DNA from: a candidate division NPL-UPA2 bacterium Unc8
Lineage (GTDB): Bacteria > NPL-UPA2
Length of the DNA: 64,000 nucleotides
Direction of reading: 5' to 3'
Assembly (NCBI GenBank): GCA_003574845.1
Contig: NDHY01000003.1
Coordinates: forward strand, 646 to 64,645
Shown: positions 49,683 through 59,323 of the stretch, piece after piece
How positions within the stretch are numbered: position 1 is the stretch's first letter
How the letters are laid out: every line of letters begins with the position of its first letter
Made by a program: the position numbers and the translations under genes
Notes under the pieces: generated by a model
Database searches by the model: none
What the model was told of the DNA's origin: nothing
Seen by the model: the letters and a program-made list of their open reading frames with translations, nothing else

Positions 49683-50630
49683 ATGGCTCGCTTAAACACC
49701 ATAAGAGAAACGAATCAGGGTGTAGCCGAGGGGTTGATGTTTAACATTCAGCGGTATAGCATTCAAGACGGCCCCGGAATCAGAACGACAATATCTCTTA
49801 AGGGCTGTCCGCTGAAGTGCAAATGGTGCTCTAACCCGGAGTCGCAAAATCCATATCCTGAGATTATGGTCAGAAAAGCAAGATGTAATGGGTGTGGAAA
49901 GTGTCTGGATGTTTGCGCTTGCGGGGCAATTACTCTGAATGAAGATACTGTGCAGATAGACAGGTCAAGATGCGATTTATGTATGAAGTGTGCAGATGTC
50001 TGTCCTACGGAGACAATAGAATCCACAGGTAAATATATGAGCCTCAAAGAGGCAATGGAAGAGGTCGGCAAAGATGAGTTGTTTTATCGCAATTCAGGTG
50101 GTGGTGTGACGCTATCCGGTGGTGAACCCCTCTACCAGCCGGAGTTCACTCTAAACTTACTGAAGGAGTGTAAGGAGAGAGCTCTCAGCACAGCTCTTGA
50201 CATTAGTGGTTACGCCAGTTGGAGGGTACTGGACAGAGTCCTAAAATATACGGACCTCGTGCTCTTTGATATCAAACACCTGGAGCCAGCAATACACCGT
50301 AAGGGTACAGGCCGAGGGAATCAGCTTATCCTTGAAAACCTTAAAAAGATTGTTGACGCTGGGCAAAGGAGAGTCTGGCTAAGAATTCCGATTATTCCTA
50401 ACTACAATGATTCAGAGCAATATATAGAGAAATTAGCAGAGGCTGTGACAAAAATGCCTGTTGAAAAGATTTCCCTGTTGAGTTACCATGAGTGGGGAAA
50501 GCCAAAGTATGAGTCTTTGGGCAGAGATTACCTATTTAGTGATTCCGCCCCTCCAGGTCAAGAGAGACTGCAGGCTCTGAAGGACATTATGCAATCTAAG
50601 GGACTACATAATGTCACTATTGATTATTAA
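49683..50630 (+). CDS. Glycyl-radical enzyme activating protein with a 2x[4Fe-4S] insert
   Basis: DGPGIRT, GCPLKCKWCSNPE, CxxCxxC twice, SGGEP. Confidence 0.92.
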   Translation: MARLNTIRETNQGVAEGLMFNIQRYSIQDGPGIRTTISLKGCPLKCKWCSNPESQNPYPEIMVRKARCNGCGKCLDVCACGAITLNEDTVQIDRSRCDLCMKCADVCPTETIESTGKYMSLKEAMEEVGKDELFYRNSGGGVTLSGGEPLYQPEFTLNLLKECKERALSTALDISGYASWRVLDRVLKYTDLVLFDIKHLEPAIHRKGTGRGNQLILENLKKIVDAGQRRVWLRIPIIPNYNDSEQYIEKLAEAVTKMPVEKISLLSYHEWGKPKYESLGRDYLFSDSAPPGQERLQALKDIMQSKGLHNVTIDY

Positions 50631-50642
50631 TGAGAGGTGAAA

Positions 50643-51391
50643 ATGGAACTGAAATACATGAAATTGAGCAAGATAGAGGGTGTGGCTACTATCACCCTTG
50701 ACCGACCCGAAAAAAGAACGCCTTAAGCCCACAGCTCTTTAGCGAGTTAGGCGGGGCATTAGACAGTCTCTCCGCTGACCGGGAGGTCGGCGCCCTAATA
50801 ATAACAGGTGGTGAGAGTGTATTCTCGGCCGGTATGGACATCGCGGAAATGGTGGATCTCAGGCCTGAAGATACCTATCATTTTTGGAACTCGGGGTATA
50901 ATATTGTTTTTGAAAAGATATATAACTTCAGGGTGCCGACCATTGCTGCTGTTAGCGGCTATGCCCTCGCCGGAGGCTTTGACCTATCAATAAGTTGTGA
51001 TTTCCGAATAGCTTCGGAAACAGCTATCTTCGGCCAGCTTGAGGTAGATGTTAATCTGTCTCCCGGGATTGACCGCTTATGGAGGCTCATAGGTTTAAGT
51101 CGAGCCAAATACCTGGGACTAACCTGTGAGCGAATCAACGCTCAGGAGGCATATCGAATCGGCCTGGTAGACAAGGTAGTAAGGGTCAATGAGCTTTTGA
51201 AAGAAGCTCAGGCTTTGGGGGTGAAATTCGCCTCTAAACCCCGCCAGGCTATAGAGAAGGTAAAACAATCCTATATAAATGTTATAAATATGAACCACAA
51301 AACGGCGATTAACTATGAAACGTTGCTGTTATGCCATCTTTTTGACACTGAGGAGCGGAAAAGAATAATGCAGAAGTTCATCAGGAAATAG
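50643..51391 (+). pseudogene. Enoyl-CoA hydratase/isomerase, frameshifted
   Basis: MELKYM..ITLDRPEK, then 1 nt is missing in the A6 run at 50710-50715; continues NALS..FSAGMD, AVSGYALAGG. Confidence 0.8.
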
Positions 51392-51457
51392 AGGTTCAAG
51401 CCTGCCGAGCTTCGCTTTGAGAAGAAACAGCTTATTCTAACAAAAGGAGGAAAAATA

Positions 51458-51979
51458 ATGGATGTTCAAAAAGCAATAAGGGCAAGGAGAAGTATTAGAA
51501 AGTACTCACCCCGGGAAATTTCTGAGTACAAATTAACGAAGGTGCTTGAAGCAATGAGGCTTGCTCCTTCAGCTAAAAATTTACAGCCATGGAAATTTAT
51601 CATTATAAACAATGAGGAGATTAAGAGGAAGCTCATTCCTGCCTGTAGAGGTCAAGCCTTTGTTGCTGAAGCACCTATTATCGTTGCTGGCTGCGCTCTT
51701 CTGAACGAAGCCTGGGGCGGCATGGGAGGATATATGAGCAGCTATCCTATAGACCTGGCAATAGCCATTGACCACCTTACATTAATAGCCACTGAAGAAG
51801 GACTGGGCACTTGCTGGATAGGAGCATTTGACGAGGGTGAAGTAAAAAAGATTCTGAAAGTGCCAGAAGGTGTGAGAGTAGTAGCTCTTACTCCATTGGG
51901 ATACCCTCTAAGTAAAAAACATACCCTGACACCACGCAAAGCTCTTACAGAAATCATTTGCTATAATGAGTATAGTTAA
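51458..51979 (+). CDS. Nitroreductase family protein
   Basis: RRSIRKY, APSA.N.QPW, GLGTCWIG, LGYP. Confidence 0.92.
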   Translation: MDVQKAIRARRSIRKYSPREISEYKLTKVLEAMRLAPSAKNLQPWKFIIINNEEIKRKLIPACRGQAFVAEAPIIVAGCALLNEAWGGMGGYMSSYPIDLAIAIDHLTLIATEEGLGTCWIGAFDEGEVKKILKVPEGVRVVALTPLGYPLSKKHTLTPRKALTEIICYNEYS

Positions 51980-52023
51980 GGGGTCCAAGGTTCACGGTTG
52001 AATCCTAGCGGAGTGAAGGTATC

Positions 52024-52605
52024 GTGTTGGTAATTGTTGATGGATATAATGTCTTAAGGTCAAGTGGTCCTACGGCGCGGCTCAGGGGAGAAAGTCTTTG
52101 CGTTGAACGAGAAAGATTTATTTCAAGGTTGAGAAAATATCAAAGCGGCAGGCAGGACAAAATAATAGCAGTCTTTGATGGAGCTACACAAAGCGGGTCG
52201 GATAAATCCGACCCTCGCAAGGCAGATACCAATCAGCTTGCCACACAAAGTTTGGGCGGCATGAGTGCTGTCTTCTCACGCCGCGGACAGACTGCCGATG
52301 AGATAATCAAAAGCATGGTTGAGCAAAATACCAATCCCGAGAACATAATAGTAGTTTCTTCTGACAGGGATGTTGTGGACCTTGTTCGCAGCCTGGGTGC
52401 TTCAGTGACCGGCGCCCGTTCGCTTGCTGATAAACTTGAATTATTAGATAACACAACACGGTGTCAAAAAGAGATAGATAACTCCTATGAGTATTCAGTT
52501 AAAGGTTATATAGGAGAAACAACTTCACCTGGACGACGCAAAGGAAATCCACGGCGTCGCAAGCGCAACCGCCAGCGTCTCCAGTTATGGTCATTTTCCA
52601 AATGA
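52024..52605 (+). CDS. NYN/YacP-like PIN-domain RNase
   Basis: IVDGYN, VFDG, TADE.I, VVSSD. Confidence 0.82.
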   Translation: MLVIVDGYNVLRSSGPTARLRGESLCVERERFISRLRKYQSGRQDKIIAVFDGATQSGSDKSDPRKADTNQLATQSLGGMSAVFSRRGQTADEIIKSMVEQNTNPENIIVVSSDRDVVDLVRSLGASVTGARSLADKLELLDNTTRCQKEIDNSYEYSVKGYIGETTSPGRRKGNPRRRKRNRQRLQLWSFSK

Positions 52606-52704
52606 GTGAGTAGCGGGAGTGGGTGGGAAAGTAGGAAAACAAAGAGAAGTTAAGTGGAAAACAGAGAAAATGGAATTGGATGAGCAATAATTGGAGGGAT
52701 AATT

Positions 52705-53883
52705 ATGAGAAAAGTGGTTATTGCGGTGTTGGGCAGACTAAATTTAGCGCTGCCCAGGAAAAGACGCAGGTAGAGTTATTCGCTGAGGCAGCTATGGACG
52801 CTTTTAATGAATCAAACCTGAAGCCAAAGGACATTCAGGCACTATTCCTTTGGTAATGTCTTGGGAGATTTCTCTGAAGGGCAGGGTATGGTTCAGGCGT
52901 TTGCCGCTGAGAATATCGGCTGCTTTAATATCCCGGCTAATAAATATGAAGGTGCTTGTGCCTCGGCAAGTGTGGCATTAAGAGATGCCTACATGTGGGT
53001 TGCTTCCGGTTTCTATGATATCGTTTTAGCCGGTGGCACAGAAACAGCGGCTAAAATGGGCACGCCCCTGGCAACAAGAACCTTTGCCATGTTCAGTGAC
53101 GCCCGTTATGAATATCCATGCGGCATTACCTTCCCCGCCCTCTTTGCCTTGTTAGCCCACCTTTATGCCAGAAAGTACGATATACCTTTAGATAGGCTAA
53201 AAGAGCAACTGGCTGCCGTATCGGTCCAATCCTATAAACATGGCTTACTTAACCCCAAAGCACACCTCCGTAAAGAAGTAACTGTGGATATGATACTCAA
53301 TTCCTTTATGGTATGTTCGCCGCTTCAACTACACGATTGTTGTCCATTTTCTGATGGCGCCGCCGCTATAGTTATAACATCAGAAGAGAAAGCGAAGAAA
53401 CTCACCAATAAGCCGGTGGACATTATTGGCATTGGGCAAGCTTCATCCGGCCCCCTATCCAACCAGCAAGAGTATTTGCCACGGCTTAGAGCTAGAGAAT
53501 TATCGGCTAAGCAGGCTTACGATATGGCTGGACTTACCCCCAAGGATATAGATGTCTGCGAGCTTCATGATTGCTTCAGTATAGCCAGCTTGATCGCTGC
53601 CGAAGGACTTGGCTTTTTTGACTTTGGCACCTCCGGAGAAGCATGGGAAAAGGGTGAAGCTGATATTGGTGGAAAAGTAGCCATAAACCCCTCTGGTGGG
53701 TTGAAATCTAAAGGTCATCCAATAGGAGCCACTGGAGCCGCACAAGTTTATGAAATAGTAAAGCAACTAAGAGGTGAAGTAGAACCCGAGAGGCAGGTAG
53801 AAGGAGCCAAAATAGGAATGATTGACACCCTGGGAGGGGATGGCGGCACACTCTGTAATATGATTTTCCAGCAGGGATGGTAA
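52705..53883 (+). pseudogene. SCP-x-like thiolase with two N-terminal frameshifts
   Basis: ATG52705 MRKVVIA, shift, GVGQTKF..DIQALF, shift, GNVLG; EGACAS, SDGAAA, HDCF, NPSGG..SKGHPIGATG. Confidence 0.8.
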
Positions 53884-53915
53884 GGTACTAAGTAAGACTA
53901 AATAGGAGATTAAAA

Positions 53916-54033
53916 ATGGAATATAAGCTTACTTTTAAGGAGTATGATAAGGCGCTTAAGAAAAATAAGTTACTGGGTTTGAAGTGCAAGGAATGTGAAA
54001 TGATTACCGTTCCGCCAAAGATAACCTGTCGAT
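53916..54033 (+). pseudogene. DUF35 Zn-ribbon/OB-fold thiolase partner, truncated by an IS
   Basis: MEYKLTF..LLGLKCKEC..PPKITC ends at the IS left end. Confidence 0.75.
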
Positions 54034-55060
54034 TGTTAATGCTCACTAATTAGGTAACTCTTTTGGTATGATAAGACATAACCAAAGGAGGGCCTAATGC
54101 GATATTCAGAGCAAGTTATTCTAAAGCGTTGGATTCCTATCTTAAAAGAGTATGAGCGAACTAAGGCTAAAGTTAATCCGCGCTAGTTTAGGTTTATCAA
54201 AGATTTATGCCAAGCACACCATATATCCAAGAAAGAGCTAACCCGCTATTATCGCAAATGGTTGGAAGGGAATAGATCGGATGAATCCCTTCTTCCAAAG
54301 AAGCGAGGTGCCCGTCCTGGTTCAAGAAGAATTCCTAAAGAGATAGAGCGCAATATAGTAAAGGCTTACAGAAGATTTGGCTCCAACAGATATGAGTTAG
54401 TTCTTCTATTTAAGCCTTATTACTTAGATAAAACGCCTTCTCCTGCTACAATGGACCGAATAAAGGCGCGTTATCCTTTAAATAAATCACAAAAGAAGAT
54501 AATCAAGCGTTACGAGAAACAGGCACCGGGAGAGCTTGCTCATATTGATCTTACCAAGCTTCCTAAAGATATCCGGTGTTCTTTTAAAATCAAAGAGCTC
54601 TATATGGCTGCTATTTGCGATGATTGCACGAGACTTGCCTATGCTGAGATAATAAAAGATAAAAGAGCTTCCACTCTGACTTATTTCATGGCACGTTCTT
54701 TATCATGGTTTAAACAGATATATAACTTTGAATTTGAATCCATCATGTCTGATAATGGTCCTGAATTTAAAGGAACTCTCGAAAGAGAACACCCATTTGA
54801 AACCATGTGTCAGGAGCTGGGAATCAAGCACACCTATACTAGACCTTATAGACCACAAACTAACGGTAAGATAGAAGCTTTCTTGAAAATCATAAAAAAC
54901 GAGTTCCTCTATCCCAATTCGTTTAATTCAAAAGAGGATATTATTTTGAATCTTGGCAATTTCCTATTTGAATATAACCACCTAAGAAAACATGGCGGCT
55001 TGAATTATGAAACCCCTTTTGATAAACTCCAAAAAGTTACCGAATTATTGAGCTAGTACA
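54034..55060 (+). mobile_element. IS481-family insertion sequence
   Basis: Imperfect IRs TGTTAATGCTCACTAATTAGGTAACT and (rc) TGTACTAGCTCAATAATTCGGTAACT; no flanking direct repeat. Confidence 0.88.
54097..55056 (+). pseudogene. IS481 DDE transposase with an in-frame TAG at codon 30
   Basis: RBS AAGGAGG, ATG54097, TAG 54184-54186; RYEKQAPGELAHID, SDNGPEF, PQTNGK.E. Confidence 0.85.
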
Positions 55061-55126
55061 ACAAGCCCCTAATTCAGTAGCCAGAATCCAGAACCCAGAA
55101 CGAAGGGTGAAGCAATTTACCCCTAA

Positions 55127-55200
55127 CACGCCTGCAGGGACTTGAACCCCGGACCCTCTGCTTAGAAGGCAGATGCTCTATCCAGCTGAGCTACAGGCGC
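55127..55200 (-). tRNA. tRNA-Arg(TCT)
   Basis: GCGCCTG acceptor, TCTGC-CTTCTAA-GCAGA anticodon arm, GGTTCAAGTCC. Confidence 0.95.
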
Positions 55201-55209
55201 AAAGTATTA

Positions 55210-55239
55210 AGGAGTTGCCGCAAGATTGCGGCAACTCCT
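55210..55239 (-). terminator. Strong hairpin after the RRM gene
   Basis: Perfect 13-bp stem AGGAGTTGCCGCA/TGCGGCAACTCCT; weak U tail. Confidence 0.55.
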
Positions 55240-55252
55240 AACTTGATCCTAC

Positions 55253-55519
55253 TTAATACTTTCGGAAGTCTCTTTTTTCTCTCTCTCTTGGTGGACGGGC
55301 TTCGTCAATTTTCAGATTACGTCCCTGAAAGTCCTTACCATCCAATGCTTCTTTTGCTTTTTCTGCCCCAGAAGTGTCAGACATTTCCACAAAGCCGAAG
55401 CCTCTACCTTCAATTATGTTAACTTCTTTAACTTCACCGTGTTCGGCAAACAACTCTTTCAACTGTTCATTAGTTGTAGAGTATGAGAGATTTCCGACAT
55501 AAAGTTTACTACCTTGCAT
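55253..55519 (-). CDS. RRM RNA-binding protein
   Basis: RNP2 LYVGNL and RNP1 RGFGFVEM. Confidence 0.93.
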   Translation of the reverse strand: MQGSKLYVGNLSYSTTNEQLKELFAEHGEVKEVNIIEGRGFGFVEMSDTSGAEKAKEALDGKDFQGRNLKIDEARPPREREKRDFRKY

Positions 55520-55836
55520 TCCTTTTTCCTCCTATCCAAGCTCTATTATCTTATAGAGCCAGAAACTTTTTCTCTCTGCTCAATAACGTTTCTTTTAGAG
55601 ATAGAAGCAAAATATCGCAAGATAGCAACCCTAATCTCTGCCATTTTAGGCGGGAACATTATTAATATAAGAGAACTTTTACTAAAAACCTATTTCCAAG
55701 AAGCCTTCCCTCATTAGAAATGAAATTTTCTAATGAGGCTTAATCAAGCATTTCTATCACCTCCTTCTATAGTCTCTTTTTTGGCACGACCCAAGTTTTC
55801 CATACTTGTGCACCCGGCGAAGTAGTTCGTTTCATT

Positions 55837-55914
55837 TGGTCGGGGTGGGCGGATTTGAACCGCCGACTTCACGGTCCCGAACCGTGCACTCTAACCGGGC
55901 TGAGCTACACCCCG
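55837..55914 (-). tRNA. tRNA-Pro(CGG)
   Basis: CGGGGTG acceptor, CACGG-TTCGGGA-CCGTG anticodon arm, encoded CCA. Confidence 0.95.
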
Positions 55915-55940
55915 ATGGAAATTTATTATGTTTGTTCAGA

Positions 55941-56576
55941 CTATCCATATTCTCCGACAAGTGGAACAAAGATACAGCTACCTTTTTTTTCTTTTCTTAT
56001 CTTTCCTTCCTTTTTCGTAAGAAGAACAAGTTCCTGAGAAAATCTGGCTCCTATCGGAATGACTATTTTCCCTTCTCCTCCGAGTTGTTCAACGAGGAAT
56101 GGGGGAATATCCACTGCGCCAGCGGTGACAATAATTCTATCATAGGGAGAGTGTTCGCTCCATCCATTTGTGCCATCTCCAACCTTAAAGTGTATATTTC
56201 TGTAACCAAGTTCTCCTAATAGTTTCGCCGCATGCAGGCTTAATTCTTCAATTCTTTCTATACTGTAGACCTCGCGGGCAAGTTCAGCGAGAATTGCTGC
56301 TTGGTAACCTGACCCGGTTCCAATCTCCAGCACTTTTTCTCTTCCCTCAAGTCGAAGATACTCTGTCATCAGAGCAACGATGTATGGCTGAGATATCGTC
56401 TGTCTCGCGGCAATAGGGAGGGGAGAATCAGTATAGGCGCTTGACTCCAGCTTCTTTTCTACAAATCTGTGTCTCTCTACTTTTTTCATTGCCTCCAAAA
56501 CCCGCGCATCTACTATTCCCCTTCCCTTGATTTGCAGGGCAACCATATCTCTTCTTTCTTTTTCAAAGCTCATCAT
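55941..56576 (-). CDS. pcm: Protein-L-isoaspartate O-methyltransferase
   Basis: QTISQPY, VLEIGTGSGYQAA, YDRIIVTA, FVPL. Confidence 0.95.
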   Translation of the reverse strand: MMSFEKERRDMVALQIKGRGIVDARVLEAMKKVERHRFVEKKLESSAYTDSPLPIAARQTISQPYIVALMTEYLRLEGREKVLEIGTGSGYQAAILAELAREVYSIERIEELSLHAAKLLGELGYRNIHFKVGDGTNGWSEHSPYDRIIVTAGAVDIPPFLVEQLGGEGKIVIPIGARFSQELVLLTKKEGKIRKEKKGSCIFVPLVGEYG

Positions 56577-57318
56577 ATCCTTGTTTACATAATTCACTAA
56601 CGAAAGAGTGGTGCGTCATATCCAGGTAAAGAGGAGTAATTGAAACCATATTTTCCTCTATTGCCTGAAAGTCTGTTCCCTCCTCTTGCTCCCAGTCAGG
56701 TTCACTCCCGGCAATGCGATATTGAACTATTCCTGTTGTTTTATCCACTTTTTCCTCAATGGTATCGTGGTAAATTCTCTTTCCAAGTCGTGCTATCTTT
56801 ACCCCTGTCGGCATCCCGTTATTTGGGACATTAACATTGAGTAAGGTTCCTGGCGGTAATCCCTGCAGACATATCTTGCTGGCAATCTTCCGTGCAAACT
56901 GAGCGGCAAAGGCGAAATTGTGGTTATTGCGTGTAGCAAGAGAGATGGCAAAGGCAGGAATCTTTGAGATGGCGGCTTCCTTAGCTGCAGCAACGGTTCC
57001 TGAATAATTAACATCTTCCCCTAAATTTGCTCCTTTGTTAATCCCGGAGACAACTAAGTGTGGCATTCTTGGAAGAAGCCGCTTCAGTGCCAACATTACG
57101 CAATCCGTTGGCGTTCCATCAATAATAGCCATTGTATGGGAATTAATGTACTTGACTGAAATAGGAGAGAAAGCACTGAAAGAATGGCTGGTAGCGCTTC
57201 TTTCCCTGTCTGGCGCTATGATGAATACCTCTCCTGTGTTCTGCAATGCTTCGGCAAGTGCAGTAAGTCCTTCCGACTCTATTCCATCATCATTGGTAAC
57301 AAGAATTATTTTTTTCAC
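56563..57318 (-). CDS. surE: 5'/3'-nucleotidase SurE
   Basis: ILVTNDDG, GTPTDCV, SGIN.G.N, YSGTVAAA. Confidence 0.96.
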   Translation of the reverse strand: MKKIILVTNDDGIESEGLTALAEALQNTGEVFIIAPDRERSATSHSFSAFSPISVKYINSHTMAIIDGTPTDCVMLALKRLLPRMPHLVVSGINKGANLGEDVNYSGTVAAAKEAAISKIPAFAISLATRNNHNFAFAAQFARKIASKICLQGLPPGTLLNVNVPNNGMPTGVKIARLGKRIYHDTIEEKVDKTTGIVQYRIAGSEPDWEQEEGTDFQAIEENMVSITPLYLDMTHHSFVSELCKQGYDEL

Positions 57319-57974
57319 ATAAGCCTCACAATTAGTCTGGCAAATCTCAGAGTGTCCATAAGAGGATTGATTTTACTCACTCCACCGGCATAATAGATTG
57401 TTTTCACCGGGATAGATGAGGTAGTATATCCCTGGCGGCTTGCTTTAATTAAAATTTCTGATTCCAGATCATACTTTGCTGTCTCCAACTTCACGTTCTC
57501 CAGGACCTCCCTTTTAATAAGACGATACCCCGACTGGCTGTCGGAAATTTTTTGCCCGCCCAACCTGGAAACGAACCATGAGGTCAGACGATTTGTCAAA
57601 ATCCTGATAGGCGGCATACTGCTGATATCGCCCATGCGGTCGCCAATGACAATATCTGCTCCACTTTCCTCAGCCTTCTTAATGAGTTTCGGCACCTCTC
57701 TCCAGTCGTGCTGGCCATCGCCATCCATTGTAATTACGGCATCCGCCCCATCTGATATGACAGCTTGAAATCCTGTTCGCAGAGCCACTCCTTTTCCTTT
57801 ATTTTCCTTGTGAGAGATGACTTTTGCTCCTGCAGCAGCAGCTACTGCAGCCGTTTTATCACAGGACCCATCATCAACTACGATAATTTCTTCAACAATT
57901 GTCCGCAAGTCTTTTACCAATTGAGAAATCCCTTTCTCTTCATTAAATGCGGGAATCAATACTACTGTTTTCAT
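57315..57974 (-). CDS. Family 2 glycosyltransferase (DPM1-like)
   Basis: IPAFNE, VDDGS, DGDGQH, DSQSGYR. Confidence 0.88.
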   Translation of the reverse strand: MKTVVLIPAFNEEKGISQLVKDLRTIVEEIIVVDDGSCDKTAAVAAAAGAKVISHKENKGKGVALRTGFQAVISDGADAVITMDGDGQHDWREVPKLIKKAEESGADIVIGDRMGDISSMPPIRILTNRLTSWFVSRLGGQKISDSQSGYRLIKREVLENVKLETAKYDLESEILIKASRQGYTTSSIPVKTIYYAGGVSKINPLMDTLRFARLIVRLM

Positions 57975-58684
57975 TGAGCTGCTTCCATTGCCTCTGAAAG
58001 AGTGAGCTTGCCATCATAAAACGCTTTGCCAATAATAATTCCGGCCAACCCTAATTTCTTTAGCTTTATAATATCCTCAGTGGTGGATATTCCACCGGAG
58101 GCAATTAATGGAATCTTAACGGCTGCAAGTATTTCTGTTATTCCATCTATATTGCAACTTATAAGCATACCATCACGCTCTATATCAGTAAAGATAATTG
58201 TTTTGGCACCGCTTGCCTCTACTTCCCGAGCAAGTTCAACTGCCTTTTTCGCAGTTGTCTCTCTCCAGCCAGCAATTGAAACAAGCCCATGACGGGCATC
58301 AATCCCAACTACTATTCTTTCTCCAAACCGGCTGCAAGCTTGACTGAGAAACCTGGGTTTTTGCACAACCACACTACCTAAAATGACTCTTTCTACTCCT
58401 TTGTCCAGAATCATTTTGAGAGAGTTAATATCTCTTACTCCGCCTCCAAGCTGGATGGGAATCTTAAGAGCGTGAGCTATTTTTTCAATTAATGCAAGAT
58501 TTATTGGCTTGCCGGCTTTTGCTCCATCCAGGTCAACGATGTGCAAGAATTTTGCCCCCTCTTCCTGCCACTGTATAGCGACTGAGAGAGGGTTGTCACT
58601 GTAAACTGTTTTGGAACTGAACTTACCCTGGGAAAGTCGAACGACCTTTCCTTCAAGAATATCAATGGCGGGAAAAATCAGCAT
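57971..58684 (-). CDS. hisA: ProFAR isomerase
   Basis: IFPAID, HIVDLDGA, GGGVR, TDIERDG, ASGG. Confidence 0.95.
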   Translation of the reverse strand: MLIFPAIDILEGKVVRLSQGKFSSKTVYSDNPLSVAIQWQEEGAKFLHIVDLDGAKAGKPINLALIEKIAHALKIPIQLGGGVRDINSLKMILDKGVERVILGSVVVQKPRFLSQACSRFGERIVVGIDARHGLVSIAGWRETTAKKAVELAREVEASGAKTIIFTDIERDGMLISCNIDGITEILAAVKIPLIASGGISTTEDIIKLKKLGLAGIIIGKAFYDGKLTLSEAMEAAQ

Positions 58685-58685
58685 C

Positions 58686-59318
58686 TCATAGTCTGCCCTT
58701 TATCGAGGGGATTCCCTTAACTCGGGTGTCTATTTGAATTGCCTGACTCAGGGCTATTCCAAAAGCCTTAAATATGGCTTCTAAAGCATGATGCATATCA
58801 ATATTAGGACGAGCGCTCACATCCATATTTATCCCGGCAATCCTGGTAAGAGCACTTAAAAACTGTCTGGCGTGCTCAAGGCTATAATTCTGAAGTTTTT
58901 TTACAGGATGGAGAATGTCAGCTTCTATTAAGGGAGTGCTCCCATCTAAATGGGTAAGAAAGAGAGAACCCCTTCCTCCTATATCAAGCACAACTCGTGC
59001 AAGCGCTCCATCCATTGGAACATAAGCAAAGCCAAACCTCCTGATTCTCTTTTTATCTCCCAATGCTTTCTTAATTGCCTCTCCCATGCAGATGCCAATG
59101 TCTTCATTGGTATGATGGATGTCAATTTTTGTGTCTCCTTTGGCAGCTATCGTTAAATTAAACAATCCATGTTTGGAAAACAGACTGAGCATGTGTTCCA
59201 AAAAAGGAATTCCTGTCCTTATTTTTGAGTGCCCTTTTCCATCAAGAATAATTTCCAGTTTAATGTTAGTCTCCTGTGTAACTCTCTCTACCCCTGCTTT
59301 TCTTTTAGTATTCGTCAT
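58686..59318 (-). CDS. hisB: Imidazoleglycerol-phosphate dehydratase
   Basis: R.T.ET, HHTNED, PMD, HH..EA.FK, PS.KG. Confidence 0.93.
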   Translation of the reverse strand: MTNTKRKAGVERVTQETNIKLEIILDGKGHSKIRTGIPFLEHMLSLFSKHGLFNLTIAAKGDTKIDIHHTNEDIGICMGEAIKKALGDKKRIRRFGFAYVPMDGALARVVLDIGGRGSLFLTHLDGSTPLIEADILHPVKKLQNYSLEHARQFLSALTRIAGINMDVSARPNIDMHHALEAIFKAFGIALSQAIQIDTRVKGIPSIKGRL

Positions 59319-59323
59319 TTTCC

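Noticed and set aside
50705..50720. Programmed -1 frameshift in the enoyl-CoA hydratase
   Set aside because: The A run is not phased as a canonical X XXY YYZ site, and neighbouring genes are also broken
52606..52700. Purine-rich tract as a G-quadruplex
   Set aside because: There are only three GGG tracts close together and no further support
54184..54186. Amber recoding (pyrrolysine or alternative code)
   Set aside because: TAG is used as a normal stop by several genes here; a nonsense mutation is simpler
55806..56219. Plus-strand ORFs over tRNA-Pro and pcm
   Set aside because: They are antisense translations of a tRNA and of pcm
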